A stretch of DNA of 24,000 nt from Frigoribacterium sp. PvP032 (GCF_017833035.1 NZ_JAFIBM010000001.1:2291762-2315761); one strand, 5' to 3'. Positions 9,041-16,193 are shown, numbered from the stretch's first letter. The notes: a model not told the origin generated them from the sequence alone. Numbers and translations: made by a program.

Positions 9041-9102
9041 GACGACGTGAAAGCGACAAGACGACCCGATCTTTCCCCTCGCTTTGTCGGATTCGCGTCG
9101 TC
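9041..9102. repeat. 62-bp hairpin repeat, copy 1 (degenerate)
   Basis: By hand alignment, 49 of 62 positions are identical to copy 3. The left half is conserved (GACGACGTG..AGCGACAAGACGAC). The right arm has decayed, leaving only AAAGCGA (9050-9056) / TCGCTTT (9079-9085) pairing. It starts 17 nt after the stop of the 8668-9024 gene. Confidence 0.7.
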
Positions 9103-9140
9103 GAGCCCTGCCGCGTGACTCGGAGCCGTAGCGTCATCGG

Positions 9141-9617
9141 ATGACGACGCCGCCGCTCCCCCAGCGGCCGGGCTCCGACGAGTTCGACTCGGACGCGGCG
9201 ACGCGTCTCCGGATGAGCCGCATCCGTCGACGCGACACGAAGCCCGAGTGGCTGCTGCGGAGAGCCCTGCACGCCCGCGGCTGGCGCTACTTCGTCGACC
9301 GGCCGGTGCGGGGCGTGAGCCGGTGCCGGCCCGACCTGCTGTTCCCGCGCCTCCTGGTGGCGGTCTTCGTCGACGGCTGCTTCTGGCACTTCTGCCCGAC
9401 GCACACCCATCTGCCGCGCGCGAACGCGACGTACTGGCACGCGAAGCTGCTCGCGAACCGGCAGCGCGATGCTCGACACGACGGCGACCTGACGCGAGCG
9501 GGCTGGCGCGTCGTCCGCGTCTGGGAGCACGACCCTGCCGAGGTCGCCCTGGCGACCGTCGAGGCCGTCCTCGTCGCGGCGTCGGCAGCGGCCGCCGCGA
9601 GGCGAACGGCAACGTGA
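9141..9617 (+). CDS. vsr: Very-short-patch repair (Vsr) endonuclease
   Basis: 158-aa ORF. The motifs RRDTKPEWLLRRALHARGWRY, CRPDLLFPRLLVAVFVDGCFWH, ATYWHAKLLANRQRD and GWRVVRVWEHD match the Vsr catalytic core (D-x-FVDGCFWH ... W-x-K ... RD ... W-x-V-x-WE). Confidence 0.9.
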   Translation: MTTPPLPQRPGSDEFDSDAATRLRMSRIRRRDTKPEWLLRRALHARGWRYFVDRPVRGVSRCRPDLLFPRLLVAVFVDGCFWHFCPTHTHLPRANATYWHAKLLANRQRDARHDGDLTRAGWRVVRVWEHDPAEVALATVEAVLVAASAAAAARRTAT

Positions 9618-9669
9618 GAGCGACAAGGCGACGCGATCTTCCACGTCGTCTTGTCGCTCTCGCGTCGCC
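9608..9669. repeat. 62-bp hairpin repeat, copy 2, likely a bidirectional terminator between vsr and the NERD gene
   Basis: Stem AGCGACAAGGCGACG (9619-9633) / CGTCGTCTTGTCGCT (9644-9658), 15 bp with one G:T (G-U) pair and a 10-nt loop CGATCTTCCA. By hand alignment, 56 of 62 positions are identical to copy 3. It overlaps the vsr TGA (9615-9617) and ends 24 nt from the NERD stop. Confidence 0.85.
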
Positions 9670-9692
9670 GTGCCCCGCCGAGGAGGCGCGGG

Positions 9693-10613
9693 TCAGCCGA
9701 TCGAGGACGTCACGGCTGCGAGAACGCCGCCGAGCAGCGTGATGCCCGCGCCGACCGAGGCGGCGACCGTCCCGACGGCGGCGCCGAGCGCCCACCGTCT
9801 ACGGCGCCGGCCGGCGAGGGCGATCTCGCGCTGCAGCCGCTGGAACCGCTGCTCGTGACGGAGCGTGTCGTCGAGGACGAGCCCCTGCGTGTGCCAGGTC
9901 GCGCGTTCCTCGGCGAGCATCGCGAGGTAGGTGACGGCCTCGTCCGAGTGGACCGCCGGCAGCGACCGGAGCCACCGGCCCACGTGAGCCTCAGGCAGCA
10001 CGACGACCGGCGGCTGCTTCTCGCCGAACCGGATCGACCGTGCGCCGACGACCACCAGCACCGGGGTGACGTCGACGGGACCGCCCGCACGAGCCGAGAG
10101 GAGGCGCGACGCGCGTGCCGCCTCCGACAGGGAGTTGCGGATGTGCCACGTCCGTGACCCGTTGACCATGAAGACGTTGCCGCCGACCCAGACCTTCTTG
10201 TCGTCGTGGTGCTTCGTGTTGAGGGTGAAGACGCCGGGCGGGCCGAGGACGACGTGGTCGATGTCGGACTCGCCGCTGCCGACGGGGACCGAGTGCAGGA
10301 CCGTCCAGTCGGGGCCGAGCTCGTCGAGCACCCGTGCGACGCGGATCTCGCCGAGAGCGCCCTGGTACCAGCTGCGGGCCTCGGGCCGGAGCGGGTGCCT
10401 GCCCCAGAACCGGTCCGCCGACGTGCGGGGCGGCGCGGCGGCCTGCAGACGGAGGCACTCCTGCATCACCGAGTAGGCAGGCCGGCGGGCGCGCAGGGTC
10501 ACGGCGACGCATCCGCGCCCGACGACATCGAGCTGCTCTTCCCCCATGGGGTCGACGCTAGGAGGTGCCGCTCGCGTCGCCCAGCCCCCGAACGGGCCAG
10601 CGTGCGCCGCCAC
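9693..10613 (-). CDS. NERD (nuclease-related domain) protein with a C-terminal transmembrane anchor
   Basis: The core WYQGALGEIRVARVLDELGPDWTVLHSVPVGSGESDIDHVVLGPPGVFTLNTKHH is the canonical NERD motif set (GxxGE ... D-IDH-VV ... V-E/N-TK). The C-terminus WALGAAVGTVAASVGAGITLLGGVLAAVTSSIG is a TM helix. The start is ambiguous: GTG at 10613 or ATG at 10547, and neither has a clear SD. Confidence 0.85.
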   Translation of the reverse strand: MAAHAGPFGGWATRAAPPSVDPMGEEQLDVVGRGCVAVTLRARRPAYSVMQECLRLQAAAPPRTSADRFWGRHPLRPEARSWYQGALGEIRVARVLDELGPDWTVLHSVPVGSGESDIDHVVLGPPGVFTLNTKHHDDKKVWVGGNVFMVNGSRTWHIRNSLSEAARASRLLSARAGGPVDVTPVLVVVGARSIRFGEKQPPVVVLPEAHVGRWLRSLPAVHSDEAVTYLAMLAEERATWHTQGLVLDDTLRHEQRFQRLQREIALAGRRRRRWALGAAVGTVAASVGAGITLLGGVLAAVTSSIG

Positions 10614-10622
10614 GACACGCGA

Positions 10623-10684
10623 GACGACGTGGCAGCGACAAGACGACGCGATCTTCCACGTCGTCTTGTCGCTCTTGCGTCGCC
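10623..10684. repeat. 62-bp hairpin repeat, copy 3 (best preserved)
   Basis: Perfect 15-bp stem AGCGACAAGACGACG (10634-10648) / CGTCGTCTTGTCGCT (10659-10673) with a 10-nt loop. It lies 9 nt downstream of the TAG (10693-10695) of the minus-strand nuclease-helicase gene and just upstream of the NERD gene. Confidence 0.85.
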
Positions 10685-10692
10685 TAGCCCTG

Positions 10693-13600
10693 CTAGCGGC
10701 TCGGCTGCCCGCCCTCGACGAGCTCGATGAACCGCGACAGCAGCCCGAGCCCCGCGATCGACGTCGGCATCGACGACGCGAGCGCAGGCGAGTGCACGAG
10801 CCAGGCCGCCCACTTCGCCCGCGAGATCGCCACGTTCAGCCGGTTCGGCATCAGCAGGAAGTCGAGCCCGCGAGGGATGTCGGCGGCGGACGACGCGGCC
10901 AGCGAGACGATCGCGACGACCGCCTCCCTGCCCTGGAACAGGTCGACGGTCCCCACGGTCGTGCCGGCGAAGCCCGCGAGGTCGAGCAACTCGCGGATGA
11001 CGGCACCCTGCGCGTTGTAGGGCGCCACGACGATGACGTCGTCGTCGGTCAGCGACCGCGTGCCGTGCTCGTCGGTCCAGCGGCGGCCGACGACGTCGCG
11101 GACGAGCTCGACGACCCGCTCCGCCTCGTCGACCGACGACGTCGTGTCGCCCGCGTGCACGACCGGCGCTACGTGCAGCCCGGGCTCGATGCCCTCGAGC
11201 AGCCGCGACGGAGCCCGCGACTCGAGCTGCCCCGCGTACGAGAGCCGCGACACCGTCGCCGTGACCGCCGGGTGCATCCGGTACGTGCGAGACAGGAAGT
11301 ACCCGAGCTCGGCGGGCAGCACGTCGTGTCCGTCCGCCACCCAGCCGAGCGCCGACTCGTCCACGGGCTCGGGGTGCGATCCCTGGCTCACCTGCGGCAG
11401 CTGCTGAGGGTCGCCGAGCAGCAGGAGGCGCTGGGCGGCCACCGAGGAGGCGATGGTCGGCGCCAGCGAGAACTGTCCGGCCTCGTCGACGACCAGCAGG
11501 TCGAGCGACCGGCGCGGGATCGTGTCGGCGTTGGCGAAGGTCCACGCCGTGCCGCCGACGACGCCGCCGGTCTCGCCTGCCCCGCCGAGGAAGCCGGCCA
11601 CTGTGGCTCCGTCCTTGACCGGGGTCCAGGCCGCCGCCTCCAGCACCTCGGCGTCGGTGCCCTTCTTCGGCACCTTGACGACGCGCGACGGGTCGACTCC
11701 CTTCGCCACGACCGCGTCGAGGAAGTTCTCGACGACCGCGTGCGACTGCCCGACGACGCCGACGCGCCAGCCGTGCTCCGTCACGAGACGGGCGACGACA
11801 GTCGAGCCGACGTAGGTCTTGCCCGTGCCCGGAGGCCCCTGGACCGCGAGGTACGAGCGGTCGAGGCCGAGCAGGGTCCGGGTCACGGCCGTCACGGTGT
11901 CGTCGCCGACCACGGGCACGACTCCCCCGCGCGGCGGCACCCGCCGCAGCAGGTCGAGCGCGGCGTCGGGCCGCATCGACGGCAGCTCGTCGAGCAGGGA
12001 ACGGCCCCACTCCGAGATGGCCTCGGGCTGCGGTGCCGCACGCGGGGGCGCAGCGGGCGTCAGCGCCAGCGGGAACTGGTGGTGCGGCTCGCCGCCGCTG
12101 GCCAGCGACTCCTTGACGAGCAGGACGACGCTGTCGCCGTCCGCGTCGACGTCGAGCACCGTGGCGCGGGCGGACGCACCACGGAGGCCGGGACCGGCCG
12201 CCCGGACGGTGGGCGGCAGCGGCGCGTCGTAGACGAGGTGCGGCGACGGCCCGCCCGCGCTGAGGCGGCTGCCCGGCCCGAGCGAGCCGACCAGGCGCAG
12301 GTCGCGCGAGAGCGTGCGTGCACGCGGCAGCTTCTCCCAGTCGCGGACGACCTCGGCCCGCTCGACGACGAACACGTCGCGGGTGTCGCCCCACTCGTCG
12401 ACCGGGCCACGGAGGCGGTCGAAGTGCTCTTGCCAGAACGTCTTGGCCTCGCGCCGGTGGTAGTCGATCGCCGCCGCGGCGAGTGCCAGCGCCGTCTGGT
12501 CGGCGTCGCGGTCGAGCGGGTCGACGTCGGCGAGCAGCGCGGCGAGCTCGACGAACACGGGGTCGGGCTCGGCCTTCACCCGTTCGTCGTCGACGAGCGG
12601 CAGCAGGTCGTCCGACGCGTCGACGTCGGCGCCCTCGGCGAACCCGAGCAGCCAGTCGCGCAGCCGCAGGGTCGACCGGCAGTCGTACTCGTTGTAGTCG
12701 GCGACCTGGTCGAGCCGGGCCTGGCCCGACGGGTCTCCGGCGCGGAGCGCGGTGATCGCCTCGACGTAGGCCGTGATGCTGTCGGCGGCGTTGACGACGC
12801 CCTCGCCGTCGCGGAGGTCGGCGCCCATGTAGAGCGGCTCGAGCTTCTTGATCGAGTAGCTGCGCGAGCCGACCAGCAGCGCCTTGCGGACGATCGGGTA
12901 GAGGTCGACGAGGACGCCGTCGCGCAGCAGGTCGTCGACCTCCTCCTCGCCGACGCCGTGCCGGGCGGCCAGCGACAGCAGGTGCGTCCGCTCGTAGGAG
13001 GCGTAGTGGTAGACGTGCATGCCCGGGTGCGCCGCGCGTCGCTCGCGCACGAACGCGAGGAACTCGACGAGCGCACGCCGTTCTTCTCGGAAGTCGTGCG
13101 CCCAGAACGCGGTGAACCGCGCCTCCTGGTCGACGAGGCCGAAGAGGTAGTCGAGGCCCCAGGTGCTGACGTCGCCCGCACTGCTGTCGCCCTCGGTGTA
13201 GAGCGGGTCGCCCTCGAAGTCGAAGAACACGTCGCCGGGGTCGGGTGCGGGGATCGCCGCGAGCGCACCCGCGTCGACGAGCCTGACCTCGGGCCGGCCG
13301 TGCTCGCTCGCCAGCTGCAGCTGGGCCTGGCCCCGGAGGCGCGCGAGGGCCGCGCCGCCCACTCCCGGCACGCTGCCGGTACTGACCGCCAGCTCGTCGA
13401 TGCTGTGCATGCCGGCGTCGTTCAGCCGTGAGCGCTGCGACAGCGTCAGCCCGGCGACGAGCACGAGGTCGCGGTGCAGCTCGACCTGGGCAGAGCACTG
13501 GGAGCAGCGGCCGCACGCGGTGACGCCGGGGGCGCCCCAGTCGAGCGGCGACGTCGCGCGCACCCGCTCGGAGACGACCGCACGGAGCTGCGCCTGCTGG

Positions 13601-14133
13601 GCACGGAACACCGGCGCGATGTCGGCGAGGTCGTGGGTCGACCGCGAGCCGTCGCCGAGCACGAGGTGCACCTGAGAGCCCACCGGGATGCCGAGCGCCT
13701 CGATCTGCTCGGCGTAGGCGGCGAGCTGCAGCAGCGCGGGGATCTTGGCGTGCCGAGCCAGCTTCGTGTCGTAGACCTCGTACTCGCCGGCGTCGTTCCG
13801 CACCAGGAAGTCGCTGAAGCCGATGAACGACCCGTCGAAGAAGGTCGCCTGGTAGAGCACGTCGGCACCGGCCCGCATCGCGTCGGCCGCCGCCCGCGCG
13901 GCCGCGGGGTACTCGTCACGAGAGGGCCGCTCGAACTCGACGACGTCGTGCGTCGCCCGCAGCTGCTCGAGGAACCGCACCTCGTGGTCGTCGCCGAGCC
14001 GCGCCGTGCGGTCGAGCATCGCGTCGGGCTCGTCGACCACCGTGTCGATCCGGCCGAGCTTCGCGTCGAGCCGTCGCAGGAACGCCCATTCGCACGCTGC
14101 CCAGGTCGTGAGGTCGGTCGGGCTCGTCACCAC
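10693..14133 (-). CDS. RecB/Cas4-like PD-(D/E)xK nuclease + RNase-H-like domain + SF1 (Upf1/Dna2-like, AAA_11/AAA_12) helicase fusion protein
   Basis: 1146-aa ORF.
- N-terminus: FSDFLVR...YEVYDTKLARH (PD-D/ExK) and a Cys cluster (CGRCSQC), as in TM0106-type RecB-like nucleases.
- Middle: FFDFEGDP...YHYASYERTHL (RNase-H-like exonuclease fold).
- C-terminus: helicase motifs GPPGTGKT, VVDEAGQ, LLLGDPQQLPQV, TYRMHP, VAPYNAQ, TVDLFQGRE and NVAISRAK.

The true start may lie upstream at 14154 (see findings). Confidence 0.9.
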   Translation of the reverse strand: MVTSPTDLTTWAACEWAFLRRLDAKLGRIDTVVDEPDAMLDRTARLGDDHEVRFLEQLRATHDVVEFERPSRDEYPAAARAAADAMRAGADVLYQATFFDGSFIGFSDFLVRNDAGEYEVYDTKLARHAKIPALLQLAAYAEQIEALGIPVGSQVHLVLGDGSRSTHDLADIAPVFRAQQAQLRAVVSERVRATSPLDWGAPGVTACGRCSQCSAQVELHRDLVLVAGLTLSQRSRLNDAGMHSIDELAVSTGSVPGVGGAALARLRGQAQLQLASEHGRPEVRLVDAGALAAIPAPDPGDVFFDFEGDPLYTEGDSSAGDVSTWGLDYLFGLVDQEARFTAFWAHDFREERRALVEFLAFVRERRAAHPGMHVYHYASYERTHLLSLAARHGVGEEEVDDLLRDGVLVDLYPIVRKALLVGSRSYSIKKLEPLYMGADLRDGEGVVNAADSITAYVEAITALRAGDPSGQARLDQVADYNEYDCRSTLRLRDWLLGFAEGADVDASDDLLPLVDDERVKAEPDPVFVELAALLADVDPLDRDADQTALALAAAAIDYHRREAKTFWQEHFDRLRGPVDEWGDTRDVFVVERAEVVRDWEKLPRARTLSRDLRLVGSLGPGSRLSAGGPSPHLVYDAPLPPTVRAAGPGLRGASARATVLDVDADGDSVVLLVKESLASGGEPHHQFPLALTPAAPPRAAPQPEAISEWGRSLLDELPSMRPDAALDLLRRVPPRGGVVPVVGDDTVTAVTRTLLGLDRSYLAVQGPPGTGKTYVGSTVVARLVTEHGWRVGVVGQSHAVVENFLDAVVAKGVDPSRVVKVPKKGTDAEVLEAAAWTPVKDGATVAGFLGGAGETGGVVGGTAWTFANADTIPRRSLDLLVVDEAGQFSLAPTIASSVAAQRLLLLGDPQQLPQVSQGSHPEPVDESALGWVADGHDVLPAELGYFLSRTYRMHPAVTATVSRLSYAGQLESRAPSRLLEGIEPGLHVAPVVHAGDTTSSVDEAERVVELVRDVVGRRWTDEHGTRSLTDDDVIVVAPYNAQGAVIRELLDLAGFAGTTVGTVDLFQGREAVVAIVSLAASSAADIPRGLDFLLMPNRLNVAISRAKWAAWLVHSPALASSMPTSIAGLGLLSRFIELVEGGQPSR

Positions 14134-14272
14134 GGTGTCGTCGGCGATGTAGATGAGGGCCTCCTGCGGTCACTAGCTGGTCGCGGGCACTGCCGTGAGG
14201 CGGGTCGCGTTCCGACGACGGTAGCGGTCACCGCCGACGTCGAGCCCTGGAGCTGCCCCCTCGACCAGGTGC

Positions 14273-14374
14273 GGCGGGTTCCCGTAGCTGCCGGCGGGTC
14301 AGCGTGGCGATCGGCGGGTTCGCGTGCCCGGCGGCGGGTGGGCGCCCACCCGCCGCCGCCGACAGGAACCCGCC
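14273..14374 (+). repeat. Phased heptamer array U1: four GGCGGGT followed by two ACCCGCC at exact 20-bp spacing
   Basis: GGCGGGT occurs at 14273, 14293, 14313 and 14333. ACCCGCC occurs at 14348 and 14368. The array contains a perfect 30-bp palindrome, CGGCGGCGGGTGGGC|GCCCACCCGCCGCCG (14329-14358). It sits in the divergent intergenic region between the nuclease-helicase gene and jetA. Confidence 0.9.
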
Positions 14375-14404
14375 GGACCAGCTCGCACAGCCACGAGTGG
14401 GTGC

Positions 14405-14506
14405 GGCGGGTTCCCGTGGCTGCCGGCGGGTTCCCGTGCCGGTCGGCGGGTCGCCGTGCCCGGCGGCGGGTGGGCGCCCGCCCGCCGCCGCCGACGGGAA
14501 CCCGCC
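14405..14506 (+). repeat. Phased heptamer array U2 (tandem to U1, offset 132 bp)
   Basis: GGCGGGT occurs at 14405, 14425, 14445 and 14465. GCCCGCC (1 mismatch) occurs at 14480 and ACCCGCC at 14500. The outer arms CGGCGGGTTCCCGT / ACGGGAACCCGCCG are complementary. The array ends 82 nt before the jetA start. Confidence 0.9.
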
Positions 14507-14588
14507 GAGGCCGGGCGCGCGGCCCGCGCACGGTATCGTCGTCCGTCGACGTCGAGCACGGTCGGCACGGCTCAGGAGGGGACGAACG

Positions 14589-16193
14589 GTGGACGAGACA
14601 GCAGCCCCCGAGACAGCAGCCCCAGCCCTCGAGGCAGCAGCCCACGGCGGCCCCCTCACCCGCGACGACGTGCGCGACGTGTGGGAGGCGGACCCGACCT
14701 GGGCGCTCCTCCGCAGCACGAACAGCCGCTGGGTCGTCCCCCTCTTCTCCGAGCACCTCGAACAGGCCGAGGGTCCGGTCTCGGCCGACTGGTTCCACCA
14801 GCGAGTCGCCGACGCCCTCGAGCAGAACGCTGCCGAGCAGACCACAGCCGAGGAGGCGCTGCTCACGCCGGCCCCGGACGGCCCCGCACCCGAGACGCGC
14901 GCCACCCCGGCGGACTACTGCCGCAGCTGGGTCGACGCCCGCTGGCTGGTCCGCACACGTGCCTCCTCGTCGGACGCGGCCCGTGCGGAGTACCGGCTGT
15001 CGCCGCACGCGCTGCGGGCGCTGCGCATCGTGCGCGAGCTGGTCGAGGCCGACAACGCCGTCAGCGAGGCGCGCCTCGGCAGCATCGCGAACGCCGTGCG
15101 GCAGCTGGCAGGGCTCGCAGACCCGAGCGTCGAGTCGCAGCTCAGCCGCATCGACGTTCAGCTGGCCGACCTGCAGCGCCGGCGCGACCGGATCGAGCGG
15201 CACGGCACCGAGCCGGTCCCGCTCGACGCGCTGAGCCGTCAGCTGCACGAGGTCGTCCGGCTGACGGCCTCGCTGCCCGCGGACTTCCGCCAGCTGAGCG
15301 CGATGGTCGAGCAGCGGCACCGCGAGGTCGCCCGCCGTGCCGCCAGCCAGGAGCTCGGCAAGGGCGCGCTCGTCGACCAGTACCTCCGCGAGAACGACCT
15401 GCTCGAGCAGACGCCCGAGGGCCGTGCGTACCGCGGCTTCGCGCAGATGCTGTCGTCGAGCGAGATCGACGACATGCGTGCGGACATCGACACGGTCCTC
15501 GCCCAGCCGGACGCCGCCTCCCAGATCGGCGAGCGCCAGCGCGCCCAGCTCGAGCAGCTCATCTCGTCGTTGCTCGCCGAGGAGCAGGCGGTGCAGGAGA
15601 CGTACGGCCGCTGGACGTCGTCGCTCCGCCGGTTCCTCAGCCGGTCGGGCGCCGACAGGCACCAGCGGCTGCTCGCCCTCGCCGACCGTGCGCTCGACGC
15701 GGGTGCCGCCTGGGCCGAGCAGCAGCCGGGAGCCGCCGTGCTGCCCGCCGACGTGCTCGGCCTCGGCCCGCTCGACGCCGTCGACCTCACCCAGCTGCAG
15801 CTCTGGAGCGAGCGCGGCCGGCCCACCGTCGACGTGCAGGTCACCGAGGGCGACCTCGCCCTGCCCGAGGCCGACCGGGTCGCGCTCCGCCTCACCGCCG
15901 GCACGAGCCCCGCCGCCGTCGCGGGCACGCTCGACCGGCTCCTCGCCGAGCGTGACGAGGTGTCGAGCACCGACGTGTGGCTCGCCACCGAGCCCGAGTT
16001 CCGCCGCCTCGGCCTCGTGCTGAGCATGCTCGACCTCGCCGTCGACCGGGGTCTCGTCACCGACGACCGCGAGTCCGTCGTGCTCACCGTCGACCAGGGA
16101 GGCGTCGGCCGTGAGGTCGTGCTGCCGCGCCTCGTCTTCACGGCACCGTCCGCCGCCCGTTCCCCGAAGCACCTCCAGGGAGACCCCGCATGA
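14589..16193 (+). CDS. jetA: JetA (Wadjet/Mks kleisin-like subunit, DUF3375 family)
   Basis: The ORF track frame is 14304-16193. I place the start at GTG 14589, 9 nt after AGGAGGG (14574-14580), because upstream of it the frame runs through the repeat arrays. The segments WALLRSTNSRWVVPLFSEHL, YRLSPHALRALRIVRELVEADNAVSEARLGSI, a coiled segment (IDVQLADLQRRRDRIE), LPADFRQL and YLRENDLLEQTPEGRAYRGFAQML are typical of DUF3375/JetA. The stop overlaps the jetB start (ATGA at 16190-16193). Confidence 0.88.
   Translation: MDETAAPETAAPALEAAAHGGPLTRDDVRDVWEADPTWALLRSTNSRWVVPLFSEHLEQAEGPVSADWFHQRVADALEQNAAEQTTAEEALLTPAPDGPAPETRATPADYCRSWVDARWLVRTRASSSDAARAEYRLSPHALRALRIVRELVEADNAVSEARLGSIANAVRQLAGLADPSVESQLSRIDVQLADLQRRRDRIERHGTEPVPLDALSRQLHEVVRLTASLPADFRQLSAMVEQRHREVARRAASQELGKGALVDQYLRENDLLEQTPEGRAYRGFAQMLSSSEIDDMRADIDTVLAQPDAASQIGERQRAQLEQLISSLLAEEQAVQETYGRWTSSLRRFLSRSGADRHQRLLALADRALDAGAAWAEQQPGAAVLPADVLGLGPLDAVDLTQLQLWSERGRPTVDVQVTEGDLALPEADRVALRLTAGTSPAAVAGTLDRLLAERDEVSSTDVWLATEPEFRRLGLVLSMLDLAVDRGLVTDDRESVVLTVDQGGVGREVVLPRLVFTAPSAARSPKHLQGDPA

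Noticed and set aside
7166-9795. Minus-strand ORFs 7166-8011 (281 aa), 7674-9644 (656 aa), 8093-8686 and 8683-9795 (370 aa).
   Set aside because: They run antisense through the membrane-protein genes, the hairpin repeats and vsr. They are Arg/Pro-rich and lack domains. The plus-strand frames give coherent TM helices and a complete Vsr core.
9041-10684. An integron-like gene-cassette array, with the 62-bp hairpins acting as attC sites.
   Set aside because: No intI integrase or attI is present in the window. The two bracketed genes are in opposite orientations. I could not identify the GTTRRRY core or the extrahelical-base pattern typical of attC. This idea is kept only as a low-probability alternative within the hairpin-repeat finding.
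10499-13516. Very long ORFs overlapping the nuclease-helicase gene: 10499-13516 on the minus strand (1005 aa), 10546-13431 on the plus strand (961 aa), and 12060-13919 fragments.
   Set aside because: Their translations are Arg/Pro/Gly/Ala-rich low-complexity strings with no motifs, as expected for off-frame and antisense shadow ORFs in stop-codon-poor, high-GC DNA. The 10693-14133 frame carries a complete set of nuclease and helicase motifs.
14271-14507. A CRISPR-array interpretation of the GC-rich repeats upstream and downstream of jetABC.
   Set aside because: The repeat unit is only a 7-mer with 13-nt spacers, far below CRISPR repeat and spacer sizes. The arrays contain inverted sites and fold as palindromes. 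No cas genes or leader are present.
14304-14588. An N-terminal extension of jetA back to 14304, as in the ORF track (629 aa).
   Set aside because: The extra 95 codons are read straight through the heptamer arrays (repetitive GGRPPAAA... peptides) and have no SD. The GTG at 14589 has AGGAGGG at proper spacing and gives a JetA-typical length.
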